From assembly GCA_000437555.1 (NCBI GenBank), contig FR901028.1, positions 128,893 to 192,892 of the forward strand: a stretch of DNA of 64,000 nucleotides. The letters are read 5' to 3'. The notes beneath the pieces were generated by a model. It did no database searches. It was not told the DNA's origin and saw nothing but the letters and a program-made list of their open reading frames with translations. The position numbers and the translations under genes were made by a program. This document shows, in pieces, positions 29,083 through 39,374 of the stretch (position 1 is its first letter; each line of letters opens with the position of its first letter). The stretch is from Acidaminococcus sp. CAG:917 (GTDB lineage: Bacteria > Bacillota > Clostridia > Christensenellales > CAG-917).

Positions 29083-29520
29083 TTAAATTTTTCTGTTTAC
29101 ATTTTCCAAAAACGCTTTACAGCCTTTTAAAATATCGTCGTAGGCTTTGTCAAAATTTCCGGTATACCAAGGGTCTGCAACGTCACGGTTTTCGCCTGTG
29201 AATTCAAGCAGTCTGAATACTTTATTTTGAGGGTCTCCGTTTAATCTTATTACCGTGTTGGTAAAGTTTTCCGTATCCATAACGAGAAAATAATCCGACT
29301 TATCGTAGTCGGAGGACTTTAAAAGCGTAGCGGTATGTTTGGAAAAAGGTATTCCCTCTTTTGTCAGCTTGACTTTTGCGGGATAATACATATCGCTGCC
29401 CAATTCGTCCGTGTGAGTGGCTTTCGAATCAACTTCTATTTTCGGTTCTAAATATTTTAATATAAACTGCGCCATAGGTGAACGGCAGATATTGCCGTGA
29501 CAAACAAACGTGACTTTCAT
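29083..29520 (-). CDS. Low-molecular-weight protein-tyrosine phosphatase
   Basis: Active-site CX5R(S) loop VCHGNICRSPMA at the N-terminus and a DP motif (DVADPWY) near the C-terminus. RBS AGAGGAA. Confidence 0.85.
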   Translation of the reverse strand: MKVTFVCHGNICRSPMAQFILKYLEPKIEVDSKATHTDELGSDMYYPAKVKLTKEGIPFSKHTATLLKSSDYDKSDYFLVMDTENFTNTVIRLNGDPQNKVFRLLEFTGENRDVADPWYTGNFDKAYDDILKGCKAFLENVNRKI

Positions 29521-29794
29521 TTTGTATTCCTCTTTTATTTTTTAATTTTATCATAAAATAAAAATCATTTCAATTTTTACACAGATAAAAATATTTGTTG
29601 AAGGTTCAGGCATAACAAATTTTTATTTATATTTTAAAACAGTTTTTATATTATAAAGTATCCTTATATAAATAAAAATAGCTTTCAATAAATATTATCA
29701 TTATAACCTTATATAATAAAAAAATATAACAGGAAAATTAGATATAATAAATAAACCCGTATAAAAAAATTTATATTTTATTTTTAAATAAAGT

Positions 29795-29822
29795 TTGAAA
29801 TTTAAATATAATTATCTATAAT
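29795..29822 (+). promoter_or_regulatory. Promoter TTGAAA-16-TATAAT ending 6 nt before the yitT-family ATG
   Basis: -35 at 29795-29800 and -10 at 29817-29822, then aggatt and ATG 29829. Confidence 0.5.
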
Positions 29823-29828
29823 AGGATT

Positions 29829-30914
29829 ATGAAGCAAGAAAAGAAACCGAAAAAAAGCCGAGCCGAACTTTTGAGAGAAATTTTCAATTTTAAAGGGATA
29901 AAGTTCTACAATTTCATTTTATTGACAGTAGCCGGTATAGTCAACGCGGTAGGCGTGACGATGTTTTTGGTGCCGGCAAATCTTTATGACGGCGGGCTTT
30001 CCGGTACTTCTTTTTTGCTCTCTAACGTTACGCCGCTTTCCCTATCGTTATGGCTCATCATTTTAAACGTTCCCTTTTTTTTGGTTGCGCTCAAAAAAGC
30101 AGGAATTAAATATATAATATATTCCCTTTGGGCAATCGGAATGTATTCGCTTTTCTCATACCTGTTTCAGAACGTTTTCGGAATCGATTTTTCCGACGGT
30201 TCGCCGATTGCCGGGCAGGACGTATTGCTTTGTTGCCTTTTCGGCGGTCTTATTAGCGGCATCGGAAGCGGTCTTACTATCCGTGCGGGCGGCGCTCTCG
30301 ACGGAGTAGAAGTCGCGGCGACTTTCTGTGCGAAAACACTCGGACTTTCCGTCGGTACGTTTGTAATGATTTACAACGTAATTGTTTATACTGTTGCAGG
30401 CGTTGTCTTCAAGGCATTTTCCGTGCCGCTCTATTCCGTCATTGCTTATGCGGTCGGCTTAAAAGCCGTCGATTTTATAGTAGACGGTTTCGACAAGGGC
30501 AAAGCCGTATTTGTCATTACCGATAAAAGTCAGACAGTCGCTTCTGCCTTGTCCGAGGAGTTCGGCAGAGGTCTTACCGTAATTAACGCCAAAGGTTTTT
30601 ATTCACAAACGGAAAAAATAGTGCTATACTGCGTAGTTAACAGGTTTGAGCTTTCAAAGCTTAAATCAATTGTCGAGCAAACAGACTCACAGGCTTTTAT
30701 AGCCGTAAGCGAAGTTACGGACACTCTCGGGTCCGATTTAAAATTCAGCCTTTTTAAACGCAAGAGCAATCTTGAAAAGATAATCAATCAATCCGAATTG
30801 AGCGATTCTCCTTGCGAAGTTTTACACCAAGTTCCGTCCGACGAACAAAGCGAGCCTTCAAATAATTCTTCTGAAGGGAAAACGGACAACGGCGGCGAAA
30901 ACAATAAAGTGTAA
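29829..30914 (+). CDS. YitT-family membrane protein (DUF161 repeats plus C-terminal DUF2179-like domain)
   Basis: 361 aa. Polytopic N-terminal half (GGLSGTSFLL, GGALDGVEV). Soluble C-terminal domain (FVITDK...GLTVINAKGFYSQTEKIVLYCVVNRFELSKLKSIV). S/E/N-rich tail. Confidence 0.8.
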   Translation: MKQEKKPKKSRAELLREIFNFKGIKFYNFILLTVAGIVNAVGVTMFLVPANLYDGGLSGTSFLLSNVTPLSLSLWLIILNVPFFLVALKKAGIKYIIYSLWAIGMYSLFSYLFQNVFGIDFSDGSPIAGQDVLLCCLFGGLISGIGSGLTIRAGGALDGVEVAATFCAKTLGLSVGTFVMIYNVIVYTVAGVVFKAFSVPLYSVIAYAVGLKAVDFIVDGFDKGKAVFVITDKSQTVASALSEEFGRGLTVINAKGFYSQTEKIVLYCVVNRFELSKLKSIVEQTDSQAFIAVSEVTDTLGSDLKFSLFKRKSNLEKIINQSELSDSPCEVLHQVPSDEQSEPSNNSSEGKTDNGGENNKV

Positions 30915-30978
30915 AAATGTCCTTAAATGTGTTGACAAATCTTTTTTTTGCAATTATTATATTAAAGCAATTAAAAAT

Positions 30979-31054
30979 GCTTGTTTAGCTCAGTCGGTAG
31001 AGCATGCGGCTGTTAACCGCAGTGTCGGGGGTTCAAGTCCCTCAACAAGCGCCA
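30979..31054 (+). tRNA. tRNA-Asn (anticodon GUU), 76 nt with encoded CCA
   Basis: Acceptor GCTTGTT/AACAAGC, D arm TAGCTCAGTCGGTAGAGCA, anticodon stem-loop TGCGG-CTGTTAA-CCGCA, T arm GGGGGTTCAAGTCCCTC. Confidence 0.92.
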
Positions 31055-31066
31055 ATAAATATATGG

Positions 31067-31095
31067 CACCTGTTAATAAACAGGTGTTTTTTATT
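31067..31095 (+). terminator. Terminator after tRNA-Asn
   Basis: CACCTG-ttaataaa-CAGGTG stem, then a T6 run. Confidence 0.75.
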
Positions 31096-31439
31096 TTCCT
31101 ATTTTAAAATTTGAATATTTGCTTTTGCTCAAGTAAGAGGGTAAGCGTCAATCATTGGTGTCTGCCTTATTGCGCGATAACGTAGAAAGTTAAAATTTAA
31201 GCAAGTTATATTTATATTAAGATTAAGAATGAAAAGATTGCGGCAATGCTTATATCTTTTGAGTGTTTATGACAAAAACATATAAAAAGTTTAAAATGCA
31301 GTGCTTTTTTTGTTTAAAATCTGCCAAATTCAGACAAAATCTTAAAAATCTTTTTAAAACTCTTGTCTATATTCGTTTTATATTATATTATAGTTATACT
31401 GAATATAGTTAATTTTTAAACAATTTCGGAGGCAAAATT

Positions 31440-32348
31440 ATGTCATTCGCAAAAACCGTGTTTATTGCTATCGACCATCTTTTTAATCGTCCGCAGAACA
31501 GGACAAAAATACTAAGAGAAACGCGTCACGTCAAATGCGACGCCGATATCGCATACGGAGAAGAGCCGGAATGCAAACTCGACCTATATTACGTTCCCAA
31601 AGAAGACGGCAAGTATCCCGTTATTTTTGAAATTCACGGAGGCGGTTTTGTTGCCGGCGATAAAAAATACCGCCGTGCTCTTTCAAGGTGGTATGCCGCA
31701 AATACAGGCGCTATGGTTGTTAACGTAAACTACGGATTAGCTCCTGAGGTTAAATTCCCCACACCCATGCAGCAACTTGTCAAAGCCGTGAATTGGGTAA
31801 AAGATAATGCGGATAAATATAATTTTGATTTGACAAAGTTTGTTGCGACGGGTGACAGCGCAGGCGGTTATTATGCGGCTATGCTCTGCGTAATTCAAGA
31901 CAGTGACGTGCTGCAAGAACAATACGGAAAAATGAACGCCAAGTTTACGGGCTGTGCTTTAAATTGCGGTATTTACGACCTTGAAACCGCTCTGAAGACA
32001 AAAATATTGTTTAACCTTACGGGTAAAATTTGGAAAGATTATACAGGCGAAAAAATGAAGGATATGCAAAATTATAAATATCTCAACTACCTTTCGCCCT
32101 CGCATTATATCACGGATAAATTTCCGACCGCATTTTTTGTTTATGCAAAAAAAGATTTCTTCTGCGGCGGTCAAGGTGAGGCGTTAAAAGAACAGCTTGA
32201 CAGCCTTGGGGTTTATAACGAAAGTTACGGCTCGACCAAGTTTATGGATAACCACACGTTCCCCATTATTTGGAACACTAAGGCGGCGAAGGAAAGCAAT
32301 GCAATGCTTTTATCTTTCCTTAACAGATTTTTTGCGGGTGAAATTTAA
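31440..32348 (+). CDS. Alpha/beta-hydrolase esterase/lipase (hormone-sensitive-lipase-like family)
   Basis: Oxyanion HGGGF motif and the nucleophile elbow GDSAGG. RBS GGAGG. Confidence 0.8.
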   Translation: MSFAKTVFIAIDHLFNRPQNRTKILRETRHVKCDADIAYGEEPECKLDLYYVPKEDGKYPVIFEIHGGGFVAGDKKYRRALSRWYAANTGAMVVNVNYGLAPEVKFPTPMQQLVKAVNWVKDNADKYNFDLTKFVATGDSAGGYYAAMLCVIQDSDVLQEQYGKMNAKFTGCALNCGIYDLETALKTKILFNLTGKIWKDYTGEKMKDMQNYKYLNYLSPSHYITDKFPTAFFVYAKKDFFCGGQGEALKEQLDSLGVYNESYGSTKFMDNHTFPIIWNTKAAKESNAMLLSFLNRFFAGEI

Positions 32349-32436
32349 AAATAAATCTTTGCAAAAGGCTTGACTTTCTTGATAGGTTTTCAACTTAAAT
32401 TGAGATAAAAAGTGAATATATTTATTGTTATAAAAA

Positions 32437-32465
32437 GAGCAAGGTTGTGCCTTGCTCTTTTTGTT
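32437..32465 (+). terminator. Terminator after the esterase gene
   Basis: GAGCAAGG-ttgtg-CCTTGCTC stem, then a T-run. Confidence 0.75.
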
Positions 32466-32581
32466 GAGATTTAATTTATTTTGATGATAGCTTTCTGCTA
32501 AACGTTTACCCTAAAAAATGTCAGGCTAAAGCATTTAAATTGTGCATTTGCTTTGGGCGTTTAAACGCTTAAATTCTAAAG

Positions 32582-34261
32582 CTATTTTGTCAGTTCATAA
32601 ACGAACGCTTCATAAGGCAATATTTTTGTATTTTGCAAAACGGCGGGCGTCGATTGATAGTTTGAAATGACAAGGCTTGATTTGAGGTCTTTAAATTCTT
32701 CGGGAACCTTAAATGTAGCGCATTTTGAGCTGTAACTGCAAACGACAAGATATATTTTGTCTCCGAGTTCTCTTTTGTATACGAACAGCTTTTTGTTGTC
32801 GTGCAAAAGTTCCGTGTAGCTTCCCTCTTTGATAATTTTGTTGCCCAATCTGAATTTGTTTATCTTTTTGTAAAAATTCAAAATCGAGTCTTCGTCGGCT
32901 AACGCTTCCTCTACGTTTATTTTTTTATAATTCGGGTTGACCATCATCCAAGGCGTTCCCGAGGTGAACCCCGCATTTTTTTCTGCGTTCCATTGCATTG
33001 GCGTTCTTGCGTGGTCTCTTGCCCTCTTTTGAAGTGCCCAAACTACTACGGGGATAAGCGGAGGGAAAAATTTTGCAATTTTATATATATTCTTTGAAAC
33101 TATATCCACGTAATCTTTAGGTTTAAAGCCTGCGATATTCGTCATGCCTATTTCCTGACCTTGGTAGATATAGGGCGTGCCTTTCATGAAGTTAATGCAA
33201 ATGGCGAGCATTTTAGCCACGTATTTGCGGTATTCGAGTTTTCCGTATCTCGGCAGAGAACGGGGATAGTCGTGATTTTCGATAAACAGACTGTTCCAGC
33301 AATTATCGGGAAGAGCCTGCCAGCTGCTGAAAATGGTTTTCCATTTTTTGAGGCTGAATTTTTTAGGAATAACCGTCATAAACGCGTCGGCTTCCTGATG
33401 CTCAAAGGTGAATATGCAGTCGAGTTCTTCACGGTCCTCTGCGACGATTGATTCGGCATTTGATACGGTTATTCCCTGTCCTTCGCCAACGGTCATAGAG
33501 TCGTATTTTGAAAATGCCTTTTGGTTGAGCTCGTGTATATATTCGTGATAATGCGGACCGATGACAAACTGTTCGTCACCGCATATAATAGGATTGAATT
33601 TGCCGTTCGGAAGCCCTTCCGTTTTGGATATATAGGTTATAACGTCGCATCTGAAACCGTCAACGCCGAGCTCAAACCAATAGTTGCAAATGTCTGCCAC
33701 TTCCTGCCTTACTTTGGGGTTATCCCAATTGAGGTCGGGTTGCTTTTTGCTGAACAGATGCAGATAATATTCGTTTGTCGTTTCGTCATATTCCCACGCG
33801 CTGCCTGAAAACCTCGACGACCAGTTGTTGGGCGGCTTCTTTCCGTTTTTGCCTCTGCCCGGTCTCCAGATATAATAATCCCTGTAAGGATTATCTTTTG
33901 ACGAACGGGATTGTTTAAACCACTCGTGTTCGTCCGACGTATGATTGACTACCAAGTCCATGACAAGTTTAATGCCTCTTTGATGCATGCCGTCAATCAT
34001 CTCTTTCCAATCGTCAAGAGTGCCGAATTCGTCCATGATATCACGGTAGTTCGATATGTCGTATCCGTTGTCGTCGTTGGGCGATTTATAGCAAGGCGAA
34101 AGCCATACGGCGGTCACGCCGAGGTCTTTAAGGTAGTCAAGTTTTGAAATAATGCCCTGAATATCGCCTATTCCGTCACCGTTTGAGTCGCAGAAGCTTC
34201 TCGGATAAATCTGATAAAATACGGCGTCTTTATACCATCTCGTTTTTTTGTTTTGTGTCAT
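32582..34261 (-). CDS. GH13 alpha-glucosidase / oligo-1,6-glucosidase
   Basis: WYKDAVFYQIYPRSF..DSNGDGIGD, DLVVNHTSDEH, GVDGFRCDV, GEG, and ENHD conserved regions of GH13 (oligo-1,6-glucosidase type). Confidence 0.9.
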   Translation of the reverse strand: MTQNKKTRWYKDAVFYQIYPRSFCDSNGDGIGDIQGIISKLDYLKDLGVTAVWLSPCYKSPNDDNGYDISNYRDIMDEFGTLDDWKEMIDGMHQRGIKLVMDLVVNHTSDEHEWFKQSRSSKDNPYRDYYIWRPGRGKNGKKPPNNWSSRFSGSAWEYDETTNEYYLHLFSKKQPDLNWDNPKVRQEVADICNYWFELGVDGFRCDVITYISKTEGLPNGKFNPIICGDEQFVIGPHYHEYIHELNQKAFSKYDSMTVGEGQGITVSNAESIVAEDREELDCIFTFEHQEADAFMTVIPKKFSLKKWKTIFSSWQALPDNCWNSLFIENHDYPRSLPRYGKLEYRKYVAKMLAICINFMKGTPYIYQGQEIGMTNIAGFKPKDYVDIVSKNIYKIAKFFPPLIPVVVWALQKRARDHARTPMQWNAEKNAGFTSGTPWMMVNPNYKKINVEEALADEDSILNFYKKINKFRLGNKIIKEGSYTELLHDNKKLFVYKRELGDKIYLVVCSYSSKCATFKVPEEFKDLKSSLVISNYQSTPAVLQNTKILPYEAFVYELTK

Positions 34262-34272
34262 GTTTCCCCCGA

Positions 34273-35163
34273 TTAGTTGTTATCTTTTTTTAAAATTTCT
34301 ACCAGCTGATAAATTCTTTCCAGGTCGTCCTTAGAGAAATAATCAATGGAAAATCTTCCTTTTTCCGGTGTTCCGACAAGTTTGACTCTCGTGCCGAAAA
34401 CTCTCTTCATATCGCTGACAAGCTCTTTTAATTCGAGTGTGAGAGGCTGAGTTTTTCTCGGACCGGACGGAATATTCTTTCTTGTCTCATAAAGCCTGAC
34501 TCTGTCTTCGACGTCCCTTACCGTCATTTTGTATTGAACAATCTGTTTGGCAAGATTTATCAAAAATTCTTTATTGTCAATGGTGACGAGAGCTCTTGCG
34601 TGTCCCGAAGAAATCTTTCCGCTTTTGACCATTTCAAGCACTTCCTCGGGAAGAGTTAAAAGTCTTAAAAGGTTTGTTACGTAAGGACGGCTTTTGCCTA
34701 TGCGGTCGGCAACCGCTTCCTGCGTTAGTCCGTGATTTGTCATAAGCTCTTTAATGCCTTCCGCCGCTTCTATTGCGTTTAAATCCTCTCTTTGAATATT
34801 TTCGATGAGGGATATTGCCTTTATTTCCTCGACGGGCAAATCTTTTATAATCGCAGGCACGGTTTTGAGATTTGCTTTCATAGCCGCGCGGTAACGTCTT
34901 TCGCCGGCTACTATTTGATAGCGGCCGTTGGGAAGTTTGGTGACGAGGAGCGGTTGCAGAACTCCGTAAAGCTTCATAGAGTTTGACATTTCCTTTAATG
35001 TTTCTTCGTCAAAAGTTTTACGGGCCTGTTCGGGATTGCGGTCAAGCATCGTTATGTCAAGCTGTTGAATCGCCCCTTCTCCTTCGATATTAACTTCTCT
35101 GTTGTCGGTATAGTCCGCAAACAACGCGCCTATGCCTTTGCCTAATCCTCTCTGTTGTGCCAT
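34273..35163 (-). CDS. parB: Chromosome partitioning protein ParB/Spo0J
   Basis: ParB box GERRYRAA, an HTH region (LTQEAVADRIGKSRPYVTNLLRLL), and position immediately downstream of parA. Confidence 0.9.
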   Translation of the reverse strand: MAQQRGLGKGIGALFADYTDNREVNIEGEGAIQQLDITMLDRNPEQARKTFDEETLKEMSNSMKLYGVLQPLLVTKLPNGRYQIVAGERRYRAAMKANLKTVPAIIKDLPVEEIKAISLIENIQREDLNAIEAAEGIKELMTNHGLTQEAVADRIGKSRPYVTNLLRLLTLPEEVLEMVKSGKISSGHARALVTIDNKEFLINLAKQIVQYKMTVRDVEDRVRLYETRKNIPSGPRKTQPLTLELKELVSDMKRVFGTRVKLVGTPEKGRFSIDYFSKDDLERIYQLVEILKKDNN

Positions 35164-35167
35164 AATC

Positions 35168-35947
35168 TTATCCTTTATTTTTATTTGTTCTGTTTAAAAA
35201 TTCGTTTTTCAAATCGGTATATGCTCTGCTGCCTAAACAATGTTTGTCATACAAAATTACGGGTTTTCCGAAGCTCGGAGCCTCGGCAAGACGAACGTTT
35301 CTCGGAATAATCGTTTTAAACACTTTCTCACAGAAATATTTTTTAATTTCTTCCGATACCTGCTGGCTGAGGTTGGCTCTTGAGTCGTACAGAGTGAGCA
35401 CAACGCCTTCCACTTCAAGTTTGGGATTGAGATATTTTTTTACAAGCATAACGGTATTCATCATCTGCGTTACGCCCTCTAAGGCATAATATTCGCATTG
35501 AATGGGAACTATTATTCCGTCGGACGCGGTAAGCGCATTTACGGTTAAAAGTCCGAGTGACGGCGGACAATCGAGGAAAATGAAATCGAAGTCGGCGCTC
35601 GCCTCGTTTATTTTTTCGGAAAGAATTTTTTCCCTTGCAATCACCACTTGCGCCATCTCAAGTTCCGCCCCGGCAAGGTCCATACAGCTCGGTATAAGCT
35701 TGAGCGTTGCAATGTCGGTATCCACTATCGCATCGGTTGCGCTCATCGAACCGCACAGCAAAGAATACGACGATTTTTCGCTTTTACGGTCGCTGAAACC
35801 TAATCCCGACGACGCGTTGCCTTGAGGGTCAAGGTCGACGACCAAAACTTTGTATCCGTCAAAAGCAAGACATGCCGCAAGATTTATGCACGTCGTCGTC
35901 TTTCCTACGCCGCCCTTTTGGTTGGAAAAAGCAATTATTTTAGCCAT
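35168..35947 (-). CDS. parA: Chromosome partitioning ATPase ParA/Soj
   Basis: Deviant Walker A NQKGGVGKTT at the N-terminus; 259 aa; followed by parB. Confidence 0.9.
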   Translation of the reverse strand: MAKIIAFSNQKGGVGKTTTCINLAACLAFDGYKVLVVDLDPQGNASSGLGFSDRKSEKSSYSLLCGSMSATDAIVDTDIATLKLIPSCMDLAGAELEMAQVVIAREKILSEKINEASADFDFIFLDCPPSLGLLTVNALTASDGIIVPIQCEYYALEGVTQMMNTVMLVKKYLNPKLEVEGVVLTLYDSRANLSQQVSEEIKKYFCEKVFKTIIPRNVRLAEAPSFGKPVILYDKHCLGSRAYTDLKNEFLNRTNKNKG

Positions 35948-36311
35948 ATATTACCTTCTTTTTTCTTCAATCGTATTTTAAATTTATTTTTTAAGATATT
36001 TCGTTGTTAGTATAACAAAAGTTTTAAATGAGGACAAGAGAAAAAGAAAAAAAAGTTTTAATTTAGTATATTTATTATATAAATAAACTTTAGATATTAT
36101 ATATCAGAAATTTTTTTGAACCTGTTTGTTTAGACTATGCCATAGGTTAGATATTTGTATGCTTTAAGCAGTCTCTAAATTTAATTTGAATATATTTCTA
36201 TCCTACTTTTACATATCGACAAATTTTTCACGATAAATTTAAGTTTTATTCAGTCTGTTATTTTTGTCGGCTGTATGATAGCTTGCGACTTTGTCGCGAT
36301 AAAGTTTAAAG

Positions 36312-37010
36312 CTATTCAAATTTCCAAAGCGGAGCTTTTTTGATTGCGTTAAACTGTCTCGGATAAATAGCGGGCGTAGCGGCTGTTTTTTCTATCACGA
36401 TTATCGCTCTTTCGTCACCGTTGGGAAGTTCAAATTTTTTTATGTCTTTCAAGCGGCAATTTATTTTGTTCAAGGCACTTTCCGAATTTTTCAATTCCTT
36501 ATCGTTTGATTTATAGCAGAGCATTATTCCGCCCGCCTTCAGCATGGGAGCAATAAGCTCGCAGAGTATCGGCAAAGTTGCGACCGCTCTCGCCGTGGCA
36601 AAGTCAAATTTTTCCGCTAAAAATCCCCTGCCCGCCTCTTCCGCTCTTGCCGTGACGGCAGTAAGGTTTTTAAGATTTAATTTTTGTGCCGCCTCGTTAA
36701 TAAAAGCGGTTTTTTTTGCAGTGCTGTCAACGGCGGTAACTTTTACCGTCGGCAGTACGATTGCGAGCGGCACGCATGGAAAGCCGCCTCCTGCGCCTAT
36801 GTCGACAAGCGTGCTGTTTTCCGATATAAATTCCGATGCGCACAGACTGTCAATCGTGTGTTTTATTTCAAAGTCAGACTCTTCGGTTATGGCGGTGAGA
36901 TTCATAACTTTGTTTTTTTCCAAAACAATGTGCATGAATCGGTCAAGTTTTTCGGCGATATTTGCGCTTAAATTTTTTTCCGTTAAAAATTTTTCGAGAA
37001 GTTTTCCCAT
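36312..37010 (-). CDS. rsmG: 16S rRNA (guanine527-N7)-methyltransferase RsmG (GidB)
   Basis: SAM motif VDIGAGGGFPCVPLAI, 232 aa, with the classical neighbourhood of parA/parB. Confidence 0.9.
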   Translation of the reverse strand: MGKLLEKFLTEKNLSANIAEKLDRFMHIVLEKNKVMNLTAITEESDFEIKHTIDSLCASEFISENSTLVDIGAGGGFPCVPLAIVLPTVKVTAVDSTAKKTAFINEAAQKLNLKNLTAVTARAEEAGRGFLAEKFDFATARAVATLPILCELIAPMLKAGGIMLCYKSNDKELKNSESALNKINCRLKDIKKFELPNGDERAIIVIEKTAATPAIYPRQFNAIKKAPLWKFE

Positions 37011-37207
37011 ATTTCGCTATTTTTATTTTCCCCGTTTTTTTATTGCGTTTTTTGTCGGGAAAATTTAATGTATGATTTTATATTTAATTTAAATTTTGCT
37101 GTTTTTTCCGTATAAATGATAACATTTTCCATTTTTTTTTGCAACTTTTGCTTTATTATGTTTTCAATTTAAGTTTTTTATGCTAATATTCTTAATCGAG
37201 GTGCTAT

Positions 37208-37897
37208 ATGAAAATTGCAATCATAACGGCAATGGAAAAGGAATGTGACCCAATCTATAAGCATTTAGGTTCGGTTATAGGAAGCGAAAGCGCAGGCGGA
37301 ATGACGATTTATCGTTTTGCCGTGGGCGATAACGACGTGTTTTTACTCTCTTGCGGCATAGGCGAAATTCAGGCGTCTGCCGCAACTCAGCTTGTTATCG
37401 ATAAATATGACGTTGAACTTATCGTCAACCTCGGTTTTGTAGGAAGTCTTGTTCCCGAACTTAAAGCCGGCGACGTTTGTTTCGTCGAGAGAGTCGTTCA
37501 TCATCAATTTGACGTTTCCGGCATTGACGGGGTTAAACGCGGACAGCTGGGAAAACATTCGGACATTTATTTTTATCTCGACAGACAAAAGGTGCTTGCG
37601 CTTCAGTCAAAGCTTCCCGATAAACTTCCGTTTGTCACTTTGGCTAGCGGCGACGAATTTATCTGCGACCGCAAAAAGAAGGATAAGCTTGTAAAAGACT
37701 TTGCCGCCGAAATTTGTGATATGGAACTTGCCGGTATAGCAATCACCGCAAAAAAGAACGGCGTTTCTGTTTTGTCAATCAAACTTGTCTCGGATAACGC
37801 CGACGAAAACGCCGCTATGTCATATAACGATTTTATTAAGGAAGGACTTCTGAAAATGGAAGGAGCAATAGGAATATTGCTGGGTATACTTCATTGA
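37208..37897 (+). CDS. mtnN: 5'-methylthioadenosine/S-adenosylhomocysteine nucleosidase
   Basis: MKIAIITAMEKE N-terminus, GIGEIQAS, and MELAGIA motifs of Pfs/MtnN. RBS GAGGTG. Confidence 0.85.
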   Translation: MKIAIITAMEKECDPIYKHLGSVIGSESAGGMTIYRFAVGDNDVFLLSCGIGEIQASAATQLVIDKYDVELIVNLGFVGSLVPELKAGDVCFVERVVHHQFDVSGIDGVKRGQLGKHSDIYFYLDRQKVLALQSKLPDKLPFVTLASGDEFICDRKKKDKLVKDFAAEICDMELAGIAITAKKNGVSVLSIKLVSDNADENAAMSYNDFIKEGLLKMEGAIGILLGILH

Positions 37898-38322
37898 AAC
37901 GAATAGCGTCTTTTGAAGTCAATCATGACGTGCTTGAGCGTGGTTTTTATCTTTCAAGGGTTGACCGTGATGTTTTTACCTATGACCTTCGTTTTAAAAA
38001 ACCTAACGGCGGTCAATATCTCGATATCAAAGCGATGCATTCGCTCGAGCATATGATGGCAACCGTGGCAAGGAACTCCGATTATGCCGATAAGGTCGTT
38101 TATTTTGGACCTATGGGCTGCCGAACGGGATTTTATCTTTTACTTTTTGGGACGGAATATGACGAAGCAAAAAATTTTGCTCTTGATTGTTTAAAAAAAT
38201 GCCTTGATTTTACTGTCGTTCCCGGAAGCGAACGAGTCGAATGCGGCAATTATCTTGAACACGACCTTGTCGGTGCAAAAAGAGAAATTACAGACTATCT
38301 TGCGTTGATGGAAAGCAAATAA
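37894..38322 (+). CDS. luxS: S-ribosylhomocysteine lyase LuxS
   Basis: HSLEHMMA (HxxEH metal site) and the GPMGCRTGFY Cys ligand. The TTG start overlaps the mtnN stop by 4 nt. Confidence 0.9.
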   Translation: MKRIASFEVNHDVLERGFYLSRVDRDVFTYDLRFKKPNGGQYLDIKAMHSLEHMMATVARNSDYADKVVYFGPMGCRTGFYLLLFGTEYDEAKNFALDCLKKCLDFTVVPGSERVECGNYLEHDLVGAKREITDYLALMESK

Positions 38323-38383
38323 CTGTTTTTTTTAAAAATTATATTCAAATTTATTTCGATAACCTTTTTAAGACAAAAATTTT

Positions 38384-38416
38384 ATCTCAAACGTTTTTCG
38401 TTTGAGATTTTATTTT
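38384..38416 (+). terminator. Terminator after luxS
   Basis: ATCTCAAACG-ttttt-CGTTTGAGAT 10-bp stem, then TTTTATTTT. Confidence 0.85.
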
Positions 38417-39365
38417 GGACAGTATTTTTCCTTAAGTTTTAAATTTTGATAGGTCTGTCATTATGCTACCGAATTTTAATTTTTCTCCGTGGCGCATTTT
38501 CTTTTTATAACTTTTTTATGATATAGCATTATATAGCTTTTTTATTTCGCCTTATTCCGTTTAGTTCTTTAATTTCAAAATTAACGGCTTACTCTTTATT
38601 TTTTGTTCCTTTTTCATTTTTTTTGCAAAATATCGCCAAATAGGTTCAATAGTTAACCTTTTTCTGTAAAAAATCGTCCTCTACGTTTGACGTTGACGAT
38701 TTTTTTGAATAACAACTCGAGACAATGCCAAATCGCCGAATTTTGGCTTACACGCCGTCATATGGCATGGGTTTTTTGAAAAAAATTAAAAATCGGATAA
38801 AATTCCTTTAAAACGGATTTTTTGCTTAAAATATGTTTCTCTTTTCATAATTTTTAAATTTTTCTTTATACCGAGTTTTTTTGCGCTCTTTAAAAGCTTT
38901 CCGTTCAATATTTTTTGCAACAAACTTGTTATCGGCACGCTGAATACAAATCCGAGCGTTTAACTTTTTCGTCTTGATATTTTTGCATTGTTTGTGTTTG
39001 TCTTGTTTCTTTCTCTTTGCGCTATTTCACAATACGAGTCGAACCTCAAATTCAGGTTTACCGTTTTATTAGTTACGTTTAAACGCTTGATTTGTTCAGG
39101 CGACGTCGTTTCATTTGTCGCTATACAATTTTTATTTTATCCTTTGAATTATTGTTAAAACGGTTTATATATTAACTATTATTAAGCAAAAAACATAATT
39201 TTATCAAAAGTTTTTAAAAAATATAGCGCAATTCGCTCAATCTTATTATTTGTCGGCGATTTTTTTTACTTTTTATTAATTTAGTCTGACTTTTTATGCC
39301 GATTTTTTTAGTCGCGTCGATTCGTTTTTACCGGGTAATCAGACGGCTGTCGGATATGACCTTTA

Positions 39366-39374
39366 TGCGGATAA
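39366..39374. promoter_or_regulatory. DnaA box, 1 mismatch (TGCGGATAA = reverse complement TTATCCGCA)
   Basis: Direct 9-mer match to consensus TTATCCACA with 1 mismatch. Confidence 0.5.

Noticed and set aside
23940-29830. Low-GC block considered as a prophage, ICE or transposon
   Set aside because: It has no integrase, recombinase, transposase, phage or conjugation genes and no flanking direct repeats. The tRNA-Asn at 30979 lies outside the block. Only the compositional anomaly is reported.
34671-34690. TGTTACGTAAGG inside parB, checked as the intragenic parS known from B. subtilis spo0J
   Set aside because: Only the first 4-5 bases match, and the CACGTG core is absent.
39030-39050. Minus-strand GAGGTTCGACTC, resembling a tRNA/tmRNA T-loop
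   Set aside because: The flanking bases do not form a T stem (52-62 would be G.G) and no acceptor or anticodon arms could be built. It is a chance match.
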